Below, in pieces: positions 1-9,876 of a stretch of DNA of 64,000 nt. The translations under genes were made by a program, and so were the position numbers. The notes under the pieces are model-generated. The model had not been told where the DNA came from, made no database searches, and was given only the letters and a program-made list of their open reading frames with translations. This stretch comes from Syntrophomonadaceae bacterium (GTDB lineage: Bacteria; Bacillota; Dethiobacteria; DTU022). Location of the stretch: positions 5,958 through 69,957 of the forward strand of contig PWGD01000148.1 in NCBI GenBank assembly GCA_003554395.1, written 5' to 3'. Numbering within the stretch: the stretch's first letter is position 1; each line of letters begins with the position of its first letter.

Positions 1-404
1 CTGAAAGGGACAAACTTAACGCCAAGATCCAGGGTATTCTTGATGAGGCCACCGATCCCTGGGGGATCAAGGTCACGGCAGTGGAAATCAAGGACGTTGT
101 AATTCCTGAATCACTGCAGAAAGCTATTTCGCGTCAGGCCACAGCCGAAAGGGAAAGAAGAGCTGTTATTGTCCAGGCTGACGGCGAAAGGGAAGCAGCC
201 GGCAGGATTGCCGAAGCAGCTAAAACTCTCAGTTCCCAGGATGGCAGTTTCTATGTCCGCCTTCTGAGGACGCTTCCTGAAATCGCCACTCAGCAGGGCA
301 ACTTAATTGCTTTCCCCCTGCCGATCGAATTGAGGCACCTGCTGCCGGATCCAATGGCGGCCGCAAAAAAGTTAAAGGAACAAGAAGAAGAGGATAAAGA
401 ATAA
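1..404 (+). CDS. SPFH/band-7 (stomatin/HflC-like) protein, C-terminal part; the gene starts upstream of the window
   Basis: The frame is open from the window edge. The translated tail (…ESLQKAISRQATAERERRA…ADGEREAA…) is typical of the coiled-coil C-terminus of prohibitin-homology-domain proteins. Confidence 0.6.
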   Translation, partial: ERDKLNAKIQGILDEATDPWGIKVTAVEIKDVVIPESLQKAISRQATAERERRAVIVQADGEREAAGRIAEAAKTLSSQDGSFYVRLLRTLPEIATQQGNLIAFPLPIELRHLLPDPMAAAKKLKEQEEEDKE

Positions 405-426
405 AACCTAGCAGCGCCAGGCCAAC

Positions 427-1356
427 ATGTTGAATAAGGAAGTATATGAAAAAATACCTTACCACACCGCATTTGTGGTTAACCCCGCTGCCGGTGATGG
501 GAAAGCCGGACTGATCTGGTCCAGGCTGGAAGAACTGTTAAACCAAAGCGGGCAGTCATACCGGTCCTATTTCACCCGCCATAAGGGTGATGGTTCCGAA
601 ATGGCTGCCCGTGCTTCTTTAGAAGGGGCTGAACTGGTAGTAGCCGTTGGCGGCGACGGCACTTTAAGGGAAGTTGTCAACGGACTCGACCTGGGTCATA
701 ATATTTTTGGCCTGATCCCTGCCGGCACCGGCAACGGCTTTGCCCGGTCCTGTTTGGTGCCGCTGCAGTGGCAAAAAGCTTTCCTTGGCCTTAAACGTTG
801 GGAACCGCGCCAAATTGATATTGGCAGGGTTAATGGCGAGATATTCTTAAATATTGTCGGTATTGGCCTTGATGCTGCCGTAGTTGAGGCTGCAGCTTCC
901 AAGTATTATCGCTTAAAGGGATACCTGGCTTATGCTTTTGCCATCCTCGACCAGGCAGCTTCTTTTCACCGTTTCCACTGCAGAGTTGAATGCAACGGGC
1001 TTTATTATGAAGATGACCAGACCCTAATTGCCCTGGTAGCTAACGGCCGTTATTACGGCTGGAAAGTATGTATCGCGCCCCAGGCTTCTCTTGAAGATGG
1101 CCACTTTGACCTCTGCCTGATCAGAAAACGCAGTGTTTCGGATCTCTTTAAGGTTGGAGCCAGGATAGCGGTTGGCAGACACCTCTCAAGCACGGCAGTC
1201 ATTAAAATGCAGGGCCATAAGTTTAACCTGGTTCCCTCCCGGGCAATGCTTTACCACAAAGATGGAGATTTTGGAACAGCCGCCTCTCTTAAAGTTGAAA
1301 TATTGCCCGCCGCCCTCCGGATCCTGGCCCCGGGTGACCGCATAAACTCCCTTTAA
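427..1356 (+). CDS. Diacylglycerol-kinase catalytic-domain lipid kinase (YegS/BmrU/DagK family)
   Basis: It has a GGDGT motif (VAVGGDGTLREVVNGL) and the N-terminal 'VVNPAAG' signature of the DAGK_cat family. Size is ~300 aa. Confidence 0.75.
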   Translation: MLNKEVYEKIPYHTAFVVNPAAGDGKAGLIWSRLEELLNQSGQSYRSYFTRHKGDGSEMAARASLEGAELVVAVGGDGTLREVVNGLDLGHNIFGLIPAGTGNGFARSCLVPLQWQKAFLGLKRWEPRQIDIGRVNGEIFLNIVGIGLDAAVVEAAASKYYRLKGYLAYAFAILDQAASFHRFHCRVECNGLYYEDDQTLIALVANGRYYGWKVCIAPQASLEDGHFDLCLIRKRSVSDLFKVGARIAVGRHLSSTAVIKMQGHKFNLVPSRAMLYHKDGDFGTAASLKVEILPAALRILAPGDRINSL

Positions 1357-1429
1357 ACTGGGATATTTTGCTTTAACCTATTGATTAAAGCTTCAAGAAT
1401 GGTTATAATATCATAGCAACGCAAAACAG

Positions 1430-1516
1430 GCGAGCGTGGCGGAACGGCAGACGCGCTAGGTTCAGGACCTAGTGGGCTTTACGCCCGTGGAGGTTCAAGT
1501 CCTCTCGCTCGCACCA
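1430..1516 (+). tRNA. tRNA-Leu (anticodon CAG)
   Basis: Acceptor stem is GCGAGCG/CGCUCGC followed by A and CCA. The anticodon loop UUCAGGA gives anticodon CAG. It has a long variable arm and a GGTTCAAGTCC T-loop. Length is 87 nt. Confidence 0.85.
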
Positions 1517-1525
1517 GTTAAATAA

Positions 1526-1554
1526 GGCGCCCGCAGGTTATGGGCGCTTTTTTG
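1526..1554 (+). terminator. Rho-independent terminator after tRNA-Leu
   Basis: The GC stem GCGCCC…GGGCGC is followed by TTTTTT. Confidence 0.7.
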
Positions 1555-1767
1555 TTGGAATAAACTCTAATGCAATATTATTCTTCTTATTGAAGCAGCG
1601 GCGATCAGGATCCGGCAATTTTTTGCCCGGATCTGAAGGAAAATATAAACAAATTGGCGAATGTATAAATTTAGTGAAGAAAAATAGGTGAAGAAAAAGG
1701 GAATTTTGATGATCCACTGCTTGGAAGGATTATAAAATTATCGAATACGCTTAACGGAGGAATTTTG

Positions 1768-2949
1768 ATGAGAGAAGCTGTAGTTGTAAGCGCGGTAAGA
1801 ACAGCTGTAGGCACTTTTGGTGGATCGCTTAAAAGTGTCAGCGCAGTTGATCTGGGCAGCGTTGTAATTAAAGAAGCCCTTGCTAGAAGCGGCCTTAAAG
1901 CTTCTGACGTGGACGAAGTATTGATGGGCTGTGTCCTGCAGGGCGGACTGGGACAGAACGTAGCCCGGCAGGCGGCATTGAAAGCGAGCTTACCGGTTGA
2001 AGTGCCCTGCATGACGATTAACAAGGTTTGCGGGTCCGGCCTGAAAACAATCAATATGGCCGCTTCCGCCGTTTCTGCCGGTGAAGCGGATATAATAATT
2101 GCCGGCGGAACTGAAAATATGAGCGCCACCTCTTATGCCATTGAAAATGCCCGCTGGGGAGCGCGGATGGGCAATACCCCTGTAACTGATTTAATGATTA
2201 AAGACGGCCTCTGGTGCGCTATCGGCAATTATCACATGGGCATTACAGCAGAAAATATTGCTGAACGGTACGGTATCAGCAGAGAAATGCAGGACCAATT
2301 CGCCCTGGAAAGCCAGGAAAAAGCTCATGCCGCCATAGAAAGCGGACGCTTTAAAGATGAAATCGTGCCGATTCTGATTCCACAGAGGAAAAAAGATCCA
2401 GTTAAATTCGAGATTGATGAGCACCCCCGGAAAACATCGTTAGAGGCGCTGGCCAAGCTGCGTCCTGCTTTTAAGGAGAATGGAACGGTAACAGCGGGAA
2501 ATGCATCGGGTATTAATGACAGCGCAGCCGCAGTTATTGTTACCAGCCGGGAAAAAGCTTCAGAACTTGGTTTAAAACCTCTGGTCAGTATAAGAAGTTA
2601 TGCTTCGGCAGGGGTTGATCCCTCCATTATGGGGACGGGACCAATTCCCGCCACCAAAAAGGTTCTGGACCGGGCCGGATGGAAAGTTGAAGATATTGAT
2701 TTAATCGAAGCCAACGAAGCTTTTGCCTCCCAGGCGCTGTGCGTAATAAAAGAAATGGGTTTTGATCCAGCGAAAGTTAATGTCAACGGCGGAGCAATTG
2801 CCCTTGGTCATCCTATTGGAGCCAGTGGGGCCCGGATATTTATTACCCTGATCCACGAGATGCAAAAAAGGGACCTGAAAAAAGGTCTGGCAACCCTTTG
2901 TATCGGAGGGGGACAGGGCATCGCCTGTACTGTTGAGAGAGACAAATAG
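1768..2949 (+). CDS. Acetyl-CoA C-acetyltransferase (thiolase II)
   Basis: Thiolase N-terminus ([18 protein letters not shown]) and the active-site Cys region (NKVCGSGLK). The C-terminal [10 protein letters not shown] and CIGGGQG motifs are also present. A GGAGG site lies 7 nt before ATG 1768. The ORF track starts at TTG 1765. Confidence 0.9.
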   Translation: MREAVVVSAVRTAVGTFGGSLKSVSAVDLGSVVIKEALARSGLKASDVDEVLMGCVLQGGLGQNVARQAALKASLPVEVPCMTINKVCGSGLKTINMAASAVSAGEADIIIAGGTENMSATSYAIENARWGARMGNTPVTDLMIKDGLWCAIGNYHMGITAENIAERYGISREMQDQFALESQEKAHAAIESGRFKDEIVPILIPQRKKDPVKFEIDEHPRKTSLEALAKLRPAFKENGTVTAGNASGINDSAAAVIVTSREKASELGLKPLVSIRSYASAGVDPSIMGTGPIPATKKVLDRAGWKVEDIDLIEANEAFASQALCVIKEMGFDPAKVNVNGGAIALGHPIGASGARIFITLIHEMQKRDLKKGLATLCIGGGQGIACTVERDK

Positions 2950-2963
2950 TTAAGGAGGTTTTT

Positions 2964-3902
2964 TTGAAAATGGCACAAGATATGAACGGTAAAGATATCA
3001 TATCAATTCATGAGCTCAGCCGGGAAGAAATTGACCAGATTCTGTATACATCTCATGTCCTTAAGATGAAAAATAAGCTGGGAGAGTTATATCATCCGTT
3101 GAAGGGGAAAAGCCTGGGTATGATTTTCCAAAAATCTTCTACCAGGACCAGGGTTTCCTTCGAAGTGGGCATGTGGCAATTAGGCGGTTATGCATTATTT
3201 TTAAGTGCCAATGATCTGCAGCTTAAACGCGGAGAAACAATCGCCGATACGGCCAGGAATCTGAGCCGATACCTGGACGGGATCATGATCCGCACCTATA
3301 ACCACCAGGATATAGTGGATTTTGCCGAATACAGTTCAAAACCGGTCATTAACGGGCTGACCGACTTACTGCATCCCTGCCAGGTTCTTTCCGATATTTT
3401 TACAATCCAGGAAAAGAAGCAGGACTTAAAAGGCCTCAAAGTGGCCTATCTAGGCGATGGCAATAATATGGCCCATTCACTGATGTTTGGAGGGGCAAAA
3501 ATGGGTATGGAAATATCTATTTGTTCACCCTCCGGTTTCGAACCTGACCCTGAAATTACCAGACTGGCCAGACTTGATGCCTCCCAAACCGGTGGCAAAA
3601 TTGTTATTGAAGATGATCCTTACCGGGCCGTGCAGGAAGCGGATATAATATATACGGATGTCTGGACCAGTATGGGTATGGAAGGCGAAGAAGAGAAGAG
3701 GGTGGAGAGTTTTTCACGCTACCAGGTGAACAGCGCCTTGCTTGAGAAGGCAAAAGATAACGTTCTGGTCATGCACTGCCTGCCCGCACACCGGGGTGAA
3801 GAGATAACCGATGAAGTTATAGACGGCCCCCACTCGATTGTTTTTGATCAGGCTGAAAACCGTCTGCATGTCCAAAAGGCAATTATGGCCTTAATCATCT
3901 AG
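2964..3902 (+). CDS. argF: Ornithine carbamoyltransferase
   Basis: It has the carbamoyl-phosphate-binding STRTR motif and the ornithine-binding HCLPAHRGEE motif of OTCase. AGGAGG lies upstream. The start could be TTG 2964 or ATG 2970. Confidence 0.9.
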   Translation: MKMAQDMNGKDIISIHELSREEIDQILYTSHVLKMKNKLGELYHPLKGKSLGMIFQKSSTRTRVSFEVGMWQLGGYALFLSANDLQLKRGETIADTARNLSRYLDGIMIRTYNHQDIVDFAEYSSKPVINGLTDLLHPCQVLSDIFTIQEKKQDLKGLKVAYLGDGNNMAHSLMFGGAKMGMEISICSPSGFEPDPEITRLARLDASQTGGKIVIEDDPYRAVQEADIIYTDVWTSMGMEGEEEKRVESFSRYQVNSALLEKAKDNVLVMHCLPAHRGEEITDEVIDGPHSIVFDQAENRLHVQKAIMALII

Positions 3903-3949
3903 AAACCTGAACTAAGATATAACTAGCTTTACAATGAGAGGTTGTTAAA

Positions 3950-6900
3950 ATGGGTGAGGATCAAAAGCATGAAATCAACCTTGGCCTGGATATTGGTGTT
4001 TTTTCAGCCAAGGGTGTTATTTTAGATAATGGTCAAGTAGGTAAAGTTAAATTTCCGACTGCTGGAAGGCCGGTTGAAGCGGCCCAGAAATGCATCGATC
4101 ACCTGCTCGAAGGCAAACAGGCTCGGTTGATAAAAGTCGGTGTAATGGGGCAAAACGGCAAACTGGTAGCTGAAGGTTTTCATATCAGGCATTTGCTTGA
4201 AATTGAAGCTCTCCAGGCCGGCCTGGCCCACCAGCAAATTGAAGCCGATTATGTCTTGTCCCTGGGTCACGAGAATGTTCACTACCTGGAGCTGGACAAA
4301 AATAAACAGATCAGTTATTTCAGCCGCAACGGACAATGCGCGGCTGGTAGCGGTTCGTTTTGGTACCAGCAGGCAACCAGGATGGGTTACAATGATCGAG
4401 AGCTGGCAGAAATTGCTGTTCAGGCCGATTCGGCTGTTCCTATCTCCGGCCGCTGCGCGGTTTTTGCCAAGTCCGACATGACCCATGCCATTAATGAAGG
4501 GGCTACCCAAAGCGCTGTATCAGCCGGAATGGGCAAAGCCCTGGTTGAAAATATAGTAACCAGTGTGGTTCAGAACCGTCTTCAGGGGCCAGGAACACTG
4601 GTTACCGTCGGTGGTGTAGCCAATAATAAAGCAGTAATCAAATATCTCGATCAATATGTGAGCACTGAAAATATTACTTTGTTCATTCCTGAAGATCATG
4701 AATACATTAACGCTGTAGGAGCAGCCGTAAAAGGTACGCAGTTTGATTTTAATGAACTTATTAACAACAAGCTGGTAACTACTGAATACGAACCTGAAAA
4801 TCCCCTTCCCCCATTAAAACCTGAACAGGTCTGCTATCTCGAAAACAAGTCGACCCCAAAAGATTTTGACCTTTCCCAGGTTTATTTAGGCGTGGACTGC
4901 GGCTCTGTCTCAACCAAATGTGTCCTCCTCGATCAAAAAGGTCGCCAGATTGGCGGGGTTTACCTGCCGACAACCGGCCGCCCGGCCCTGCAGGTGCTGG
5001 AATTGATGAAACAAGTTGAAGAGCGTTATGGATCATTGATTGGGAACGCTCCGATTGTGGCCTGCACTACCGGCTCGGGAAGATTTTTATCCCAGAAAAT
5101 CTTAAATGCGGAATATGCCGTGGACGAAATTACCTGTCAGGCCGAGGGGATCAAGAGTTTGTTTGAGGATGATAGCACCCTTTCTATAATCGAAATTGGT
5201 GGGGAAGACTCCAAGTTTATTCAACTGCATAACGGCATACTCTATGATTATAATATGAACCCGGTTTGTGCCGCCGGCACCGGCACCTTCCTGGAAAACC
5301 TGGCCGAACTGCTCGGCGTCAGTATCAAGGATGAATTCTCCAATAAGTCTTTTGCTGCTGAATACGGTGTTGATCTCGGCGACATCTGCACCCTGATTTC
5401 CCAGTCAATTCTGGCCTCAGCTTCTGCCAGGGGCTTGCCCCTTAATGAGCAATTGGCCAGCCTGGCCTATTCTTCTGCCCAAAATTATCTCAGTAAAACC
5501 GTGGATAAAAGGCCCCTGGACGGCAGGGTTGTTTTCGCAGGAGCCACCGCCAAGAACCATGCCCTGGCTGCGGCCCTGGCCTATATTTGTGAAAAAACCG
5601 TTTATGTGCCTCCCGAACCGGAATTGACCGGAGCTCTGGGCAGCGCCCTGATGGCCAGACAGTTCCAACTGCGGGGTTATAAAAGCCGCTATTCATTTAG
5701 CAGCCTCTCTGGATTCAGCCAGTTTTCCAGTGATAAGAAACCATGTAAGGCAGAGTGCAAACATGAGCATAACTGTGTATTGAACATAATCAGTTTTTCA
5801 GACGGAAAGAAATTTGTTTATGGCGATCGCTGTGGACGCTATTCCGGCATCGATAAAAAGAAAGACGGCGAAGATTTACCCGACTATGCCGCTAAAAGAA
5901 ACGAGCTGTTTCACGAAGCGATTGAAGATACAGATCCTGACGGTCCGCGGGTGGGTATCGCCCGCTGCGGCCTCTACTTTGATTATTATCCCTTCTGGGC
6001 GTCATTTTTTCGCAAGCTGGGCTGTTCTGTAGTCCTATCCGATGAAAGCACAGCTGAAACGCTTCAGAAGGGTAAAATAAATCTGGATTCTGAGATGTGC
6101 TACCCGATGAAAGTAATTATCGGGCATTATCAGGATTTAAAGGAAAAAGACTTGGATTATGTTTTTCTGCCTGAGGTGGTAAACACAGAAGACCTGCCCT
6201 GGGCTGCAGGTTGGCCCCGTAACTTTGTTTGTCCCCTGCTGCAAACTCTGCGGGGTACGGTTGTAAACTCGATTGAATATGAGCCGGAAAAGGTGCTTTA
6301 CGCCCAGCTCAACTATAAAGACGGCTTTGAGTGCATTAAAGAACAGTTAGAACCGGCAGCCAGGAAAATCCTTGGGGCGGGTTACAGCGATAACCTCCTG
6401 GATGAGGCAGTCCGTGCTGCTTACGGCGCCCTGGAGGGTTTTAGAAATAATCTCTCTTTCGCAGCCGAAGAAATGTTTGAAGATCTGAAAGCTAATTCCG
6501 ATCGGGCGGCGGCAGTATTTTTAAGCCGCAGCTACACCCTTTATGATGAACTTATTTCCAAGAAATCGATGCGCTTCGCCCGTGAAAGCGGTTTGATGGC
6601 TGTTCCGCACGAATATTTGGTCGCCTATCTTCAAGCCTGGTACGAAGGCAAAATAAACTCACCATACCTTGATCCTTACCGGGAAGAATTTAAGGTTTAC
6701 TTAAAAAATCAGGTGAAACAGATCCACAACCTTTACCCGGCTCAGCTGCAAAGAATACTGTCAGCGGTAATCCTGATTAATTTCATGAACCAGAAGACAA
6801 AAGAAACAGGCCTTCCCCAGGTAAACATGATCTTTTTAGATCCTTTCAAGTGTGGGCCAAACGCGATGCTCAGGCACTTTTTAAAGGGGATGACCGATTA

Positions 6901-8308
6901 CCTCCGTTTGACTCTGGACGAGCATACCGCTCCGGCGGGCATGATTACCAGGCTGGAAGCCTTCCGGAATACCTGCCTGTCCAGGGAAAAATTCCGGGCC
7001 CCGACTATCCCATCTTCGGAGACTTGCACTGTTGATCAAGATGACTGGAACAAGATCCTGATTCCCGATATGACTAAGCATTCCGATATATTTGCCTCCT
7101 TTTTCAGGAATTGTGGAATTGAAGCCGAAGTTATACCCAGGGGCAGGCCGGGAGATCTCTCTCTGGCCCAGCGCTATGTCAACGGTGAAGAATGCCTGCC
7201 TTTTATTCAGAACCTGCAGGATTATCTGCACCACCTGCATTCAAACAAACCTAAAAACGGCGAGGTTTTCTTCCAGGGCTGGGCCTGCGGGCCCTGCCGT
7301 TATGGTCTTTATGCCCCGGTTCAGAACCTGGCTCTAAACAGGGCCGGCTTCGGAGAGAGAAAAGTGTGTGCGGTCCGGCTGGCCGATGTGGTTAAGCGCT
7401 GCGGTTATTCTTCGATAATCGGCCTCTTCAACGCTTTGACGGTTATGGACATCCTTTACAAACTGTTGCACAGGGTGAGGCCCTATGAGCTGGAACCCGG
7501 ATCCAGCAGACGTCTTTTTGATAATTACAGCAAAAAAATGTTTTCACTGCTGGAAAATTACCGGGCGCCGTTAGTCAGCTTGTTCAGCGGCAGTTATAGA
7601 AAGCCGCTGGAAGACCTGATTCGAGAGGCGGGAGAGGAATTTAGCCGGATCCCGGTTGATAACAGCCTGGTTAAACCAAGGATCCTTTTAGGCGGAGAGT
7701 TTTACGTGCGTATGGACAACCGCTGTAACCAGGAAGTTATAACAAAAATAGAGGAAGCCGGCGGTGAGGTTTGCCTGGCCCCGGTAACAGAAATCTTTAC
7801 CTATACCCTTTATATCGATTACCATGAAACCCGGCAGGCCTTCAGGTTGAAAAGAAGGCCGGCCGACTACCTCAAGCAAAAAATCTATAAACTCTTAATC
7901 GACATCGCACACCGCGATGAGGTTGCGTTGGAAAATGCTGCCGGGCCACTGCTTGAAGATCTCCACGAACCTGCGCCCTGGGAGATCATGGAACATGCCG
8001 TCAAACATGTTTCCCGGCATTACGGTGGCGAACCGCCGATGACGATCGGGCGGACTGCTGCTTTCAGCAGCAGAGAGAGGGTTGGGGGTGCGATCTTTGT
8101 TGCTCCCTTTACCTGCATGCCCAGTTCGGTGGTCGAGGCCCAGCAGGGGCTCCTGCAGGATAGACTGGGTCTCCCGGTCGTTACAGTTTATTACGACGGC
8201 AAGGAAAATACCAACCGTGATGAAATGGTTGAAGGCCTGGTCTTTCAAGCCCGCCAAAAAATTAACGGGGATTTGCCGGTTCGAGATCCACAATATCAAC
8301 TATCCTGA
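3950..8308 (+). CDS. Large fusion protein of 1452 aa: two tandem BadF/BadG/BcrA/BcrD-type ATPase (CoA-substrate-specific enzyme activase) domains joined to a DUF2229/HgdB-like (2-hydroxyacyl-CoA-dehydratase-D-component-like) domain
   Basis: It contains two actin-fold ATPase cores. The first is LGLDIGVFSAKG…GGVANNKAV and the second is LGVDCGSVSTKC…FAGATAKNHALAAAL. A Cys cluster follows (CKAECKHEHNC…C), then ~800 aa with a CGPC motif typical of the dehydratase-component-like uncharacterised domain. Confidence 0.7.
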   Translation: MGEDQKHEINLGLDIGVFSAKGVILDNGQVGKVKFPTAGRPVEAAQKCIDHLLEGKQARLIKVGVMGQNGKLVAEGFHIRHLLEIEALQAGLAHQQIEADYVLSLGHENVHYLELDKNKQISYFSRNGQCAAGSGSFWYQQATRMGYNDRELAEIAVQADSAVPISGRCAVFAKSDMTHAINEGATQSAVSAGMGKALVENIVTSVVQNRLQGPGTLVTVGGVANNKAVIKYLDQYVSTENITLFIPEDHEYINAVGAAVKGTQFDFNELINNKLVTTEYEPENPLPPLKPEQVCYLENKSTPKDFDLSQVYLGVDCGSVSTKCVLLDQKGRQIGGVYLPTTGRPALQVLELMKQVEERYGSLIGNAPIVACTTGSGRFLSQKILNAEYAVDEITCQAEGIKSLFEDDSTLSIIEIGGEDSKFIQLHNGILYDYNMNPVCAAGTGTFLENLAELLGVSIKDEFSNKSFAAEYGVDLGDICTLISQSILASASARGLPLNEQLASLAYSSAQNYLSKTVDKRPLDGRVVFAGATAKNHALAAALAYICEKTVYVPPEPELTGALGSALMARQFQLRGYKSRYSFSSLSGFSQFSSDKKPCKAECKHEHNCVLNIISFSDGKKFVYGDRCGRYSGIDKKKDGEDLPDYAAKRNELFHEAIEDTDPDGPRVGIARCGLYFDYYPFWASFFRKLGCSVVLSDESTAETLQKGKINLDSEMCYPMKVIIGHYQDLKEKDLDYVFLPEVVNTEDLPWAAGWPRNFVCPLLQTLRGTVVNSIEYEPEKVLYAQLNYKDGFECIKEQLEPAARKILGAGYSDNLLDEAVRAAYGALEGFRNNLSFAAEEMFEDLKANSDRAAAVFLSRSYTLYDELISKKSMRFARESGLMAVPHEYLVAYLQAWYEGKINSPYLDPYREEFKVYLKNQVKQIHNLYPAQLQRILSAVILINFMNQKTKETGLPQVNMIFLDPFKCGPNAMLRHFLKGMTDYLRLTLDEHTAPAGMITRLEAFRNTCLSREKFRAPTIPSSETCTVDQDDWNKILIPDMTKHSDIFASFFRNCGIEAEVIPRGRPGDLSLAQRYVNGEECLPFIQNLQDYLHHLHSNKPKNGEVFFQGWACGPCRYGLYAPVQNLALNRAGFGERKVCAVRLADVVKRCGYSSIIGLFNALTVMDILYKLLHRVRPYELEPGSSRRLFDNYSKKMFSLLENYRAPLVSLFSGSYRKPLEDLIREAGEEFSRIPVDNSLVKPRILLGGEFYVRMDNRCNQEVITKIEEAGGEVCLAPVTEIFTYTLYIDYHETRQAFRLKRRPADYLKQKIYKLLIDIAHRDEVALENAAGPLLEDLHEPAPWEIMEHAVKHVSRHYGGEPPMTIGRTAAFSSRERVGGAIFVAPFTCMPSSVVEAQQGLLQDRLGLPVVTVYYDGKENTNRDEMVEGLVFQARQKINGDLPVRDPQYQLS

Positions 8309-8612
8309 CTACCCGAGGAGAGGCAGATCCCGAGCTGAAGGTAATTTTGCCGGCAGCAGGATCGCCGCGCAAGGGGGTACCGGTAAAGGTTTTTCGGCCG
8401 CTTTTAGTAAAAACGGTTACTATCAAGGACCGGTGACCGGACAGGGCCTCTTCAAATAGCTGCTGCAGCCGCTCCCAATGCTGTTCGTCAAAGTGGGGGC
8501 GGCTGTTTTCTTCATCCTGATGTTTCTGGTTGTTATATTGCTGCAGCCCCCCACGGTGTTCAGGAAGCATCATTTTACTGCAGGCAAACTGCTGATTAAT
8601 CTTTTTGCTCAT
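8262..8612 (-). CDS. YolD-like protein, the partner of Y-family polymerases and a proposed UmuD analogue
   Basis: It is ~115 aa and sits immediately downstream of the Y-family polymerase; its ATG overlaps the polymerase stop by 4 nt (ATGA). The sequence pattern (…LIVTVFTKSGRKTFTGTPLRGDPAAGKITF…) is typical of YolD. Its 3' end overlaps the convergent 1452-aa gene by 46 nt. Confidence 0.6.
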   Translation of the reverse strand: MSKKINQQFACSKMMLPEHRGGLQQYNNQKHQDEENSRPHFDEQHWERLQQLFEEALSGHRSLIVTVFTKSGRKTFTGTPLRGDPAAGKITFSSGSASPRVVRIVDIVDLEPANPR

Positions 8613-9841
8613 GAGTCATGGCCCCCAATTTTACCGGACCGCTGGAAAAACTGGGCCCCCGGTGAAAGCGAATTGGCCCTGAAAATGCTGGTTTTGCCGA
8701 AACGCTCCCGGACCAGGTCAACCACTCCGGCCAGGGTTTCTTGCCGGTCATAGAGCCCGGAAAAGGGGAGGCGGAGCTGGCGGTACGCGGTTAGGCCGCT
8801 CAGGCTTATGCCGACTGCCCGGACCGGTTTTCTGTCCCAGTGTTTATGGAACAAGTGCAGGACAGTCGGATAGATCTCCGCTGTCGTGGCCGCCGGTTCC
8901 GGCAGCTTTTTTTGCCGCGAAAAACCGGTGGGATAATCGAAATCGGCGCCTTTGCAATAAAGGTGGACTGTAGAACCTATTTTACCTTGCCGGCGGGTCC
9001 TAAAACATACTTCTTCGGTCATTTCCAGCAAAACTAACTCAATTTCTGCCTGCTTGCGGTAATCCCGGGGCAGGGTTGCCGTATGGCCAACTCCTTTTTG
9101 ATCGTTAACCATGTCCGCTTCAACCGTAGAATAATCAATGCCGTGCGCGTTAAGCCACAGGACTTCGCCGTTAATGCCCCAGCGGCGGCGCAGCATGGCC
9201 CGGGGCAGCCCGGCCAGGTGACCGATAGTGCGCACACCGATCCGCTGAAAATTTTTTTCCATGCGGTGTCCAACCCCAAAAAGGGCACTGATCGGCAGGT
9301 TCCAGGTATAACAGGCATAGTTGGCGCTGTTTAGTTCAAAAAAAGCCTCCCTGCTTTTTTTGGCGAAACAGTCGCAGGCCATTTTGGCCTGGAGCAGGTT
9401 TTCACCCATGCCGATGCGGCAGCGGATACCGGTTTCTTCCCATACCCGGCTGTTTAAAGCCGCGGCGATTTTTTCCGGGGAGCCCAGGATTTTTTCAGAG
9501 CCGGTAAGATCGAGAAATTGTTCATCGATGGAATAGGGGAGGACCCGGTCGGTGAACTGCTCAAAAATCCGGGTTATGCGCAGGGAATAGTCAATGTAGG
9601 TTTGCATGTGGGGATGAACAAAAACCACCCAGGGGCACATACGCCTGGCTTCCCAGGCCGGTTGGCCGGTTTTGATGCCAAAATCCTTCGCTTCACGGCT
9701 GGCGGCAAGGATTATTCCATGACGCAGGGCCGGATCGCCGCAAACAGCTACCGGCTTGCCGCGCAAAGCAGGGTTCTGGCTCATTTCCACACTGGCGTAA
9801 AATGATTCCATATCGGCCAGAAAAATAACTTTGGACCGCAT
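8609..9841 (-). CDS. Y-family DNA polymerase (DinB/UmuC-like translesion polymerase)
   Basis: The N-terminus MRSKVIFLADMESFYASVEM…NPALRGKPVAVCG matches the DinB/UmuC catalytic-core consensus (hVDMDxFFAsVE). Size is ~410 aa. An AGGTGG ribosome-binding site and a Cheo box lie immediately upstream. Confidence 0.85.
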   Translation of the reverse strand: MRSKVIFLADMESFYASVEMSQNPALRGKPVAVCGDPALRHGIILAASREAKDFGIKTGQPAWEARRMCPWVVFVHPHMQTYIDYSLRITRIFEQFTDRVLPYSIDEQFLDLTGSEKILGSPEKIAAALNSRVWEETGIRCRIGMGENLLQAKMACDCFAKKSREAFFELNSANYACYTWNLPISALFGVGHRMEKNFQRIGVRTIGHLAGLPRAMLRRRWGINGEVLWLNAHGIDYSTVEADMVNDQKGVGHTATLPRDYRKQAEIELVLLEMTEEVCFRTRRQGKIGSTVHLYCKGADFDYPTGFSRQKKLPEPAATTAEIYPTVLHLFHKHWDRKPVRAVGISLSGLTAYRQLRLPFSGLYDRQETLAGVVDLVRERFGKTSIFRANSLSPGAQFFQRSGKIGGHDS

Positions 9842-9862
9842 GGTTAAACGACCACCTGTTAC

Positions 9863-9876
9863 CGAACTTATGTTTG
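9863..9876 (-). promoter_or_regulatory. LexA (Cheo/SOS) box just upstream of the Y-family polymerase
   Basis: The + strand reads CGAACTTATGTTTG, which matches CGAACnnnnGTTyG, and lies 22 nt upstream of the start codon. A similar box sits in front of lexA in this window. Confidence 0.65.
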
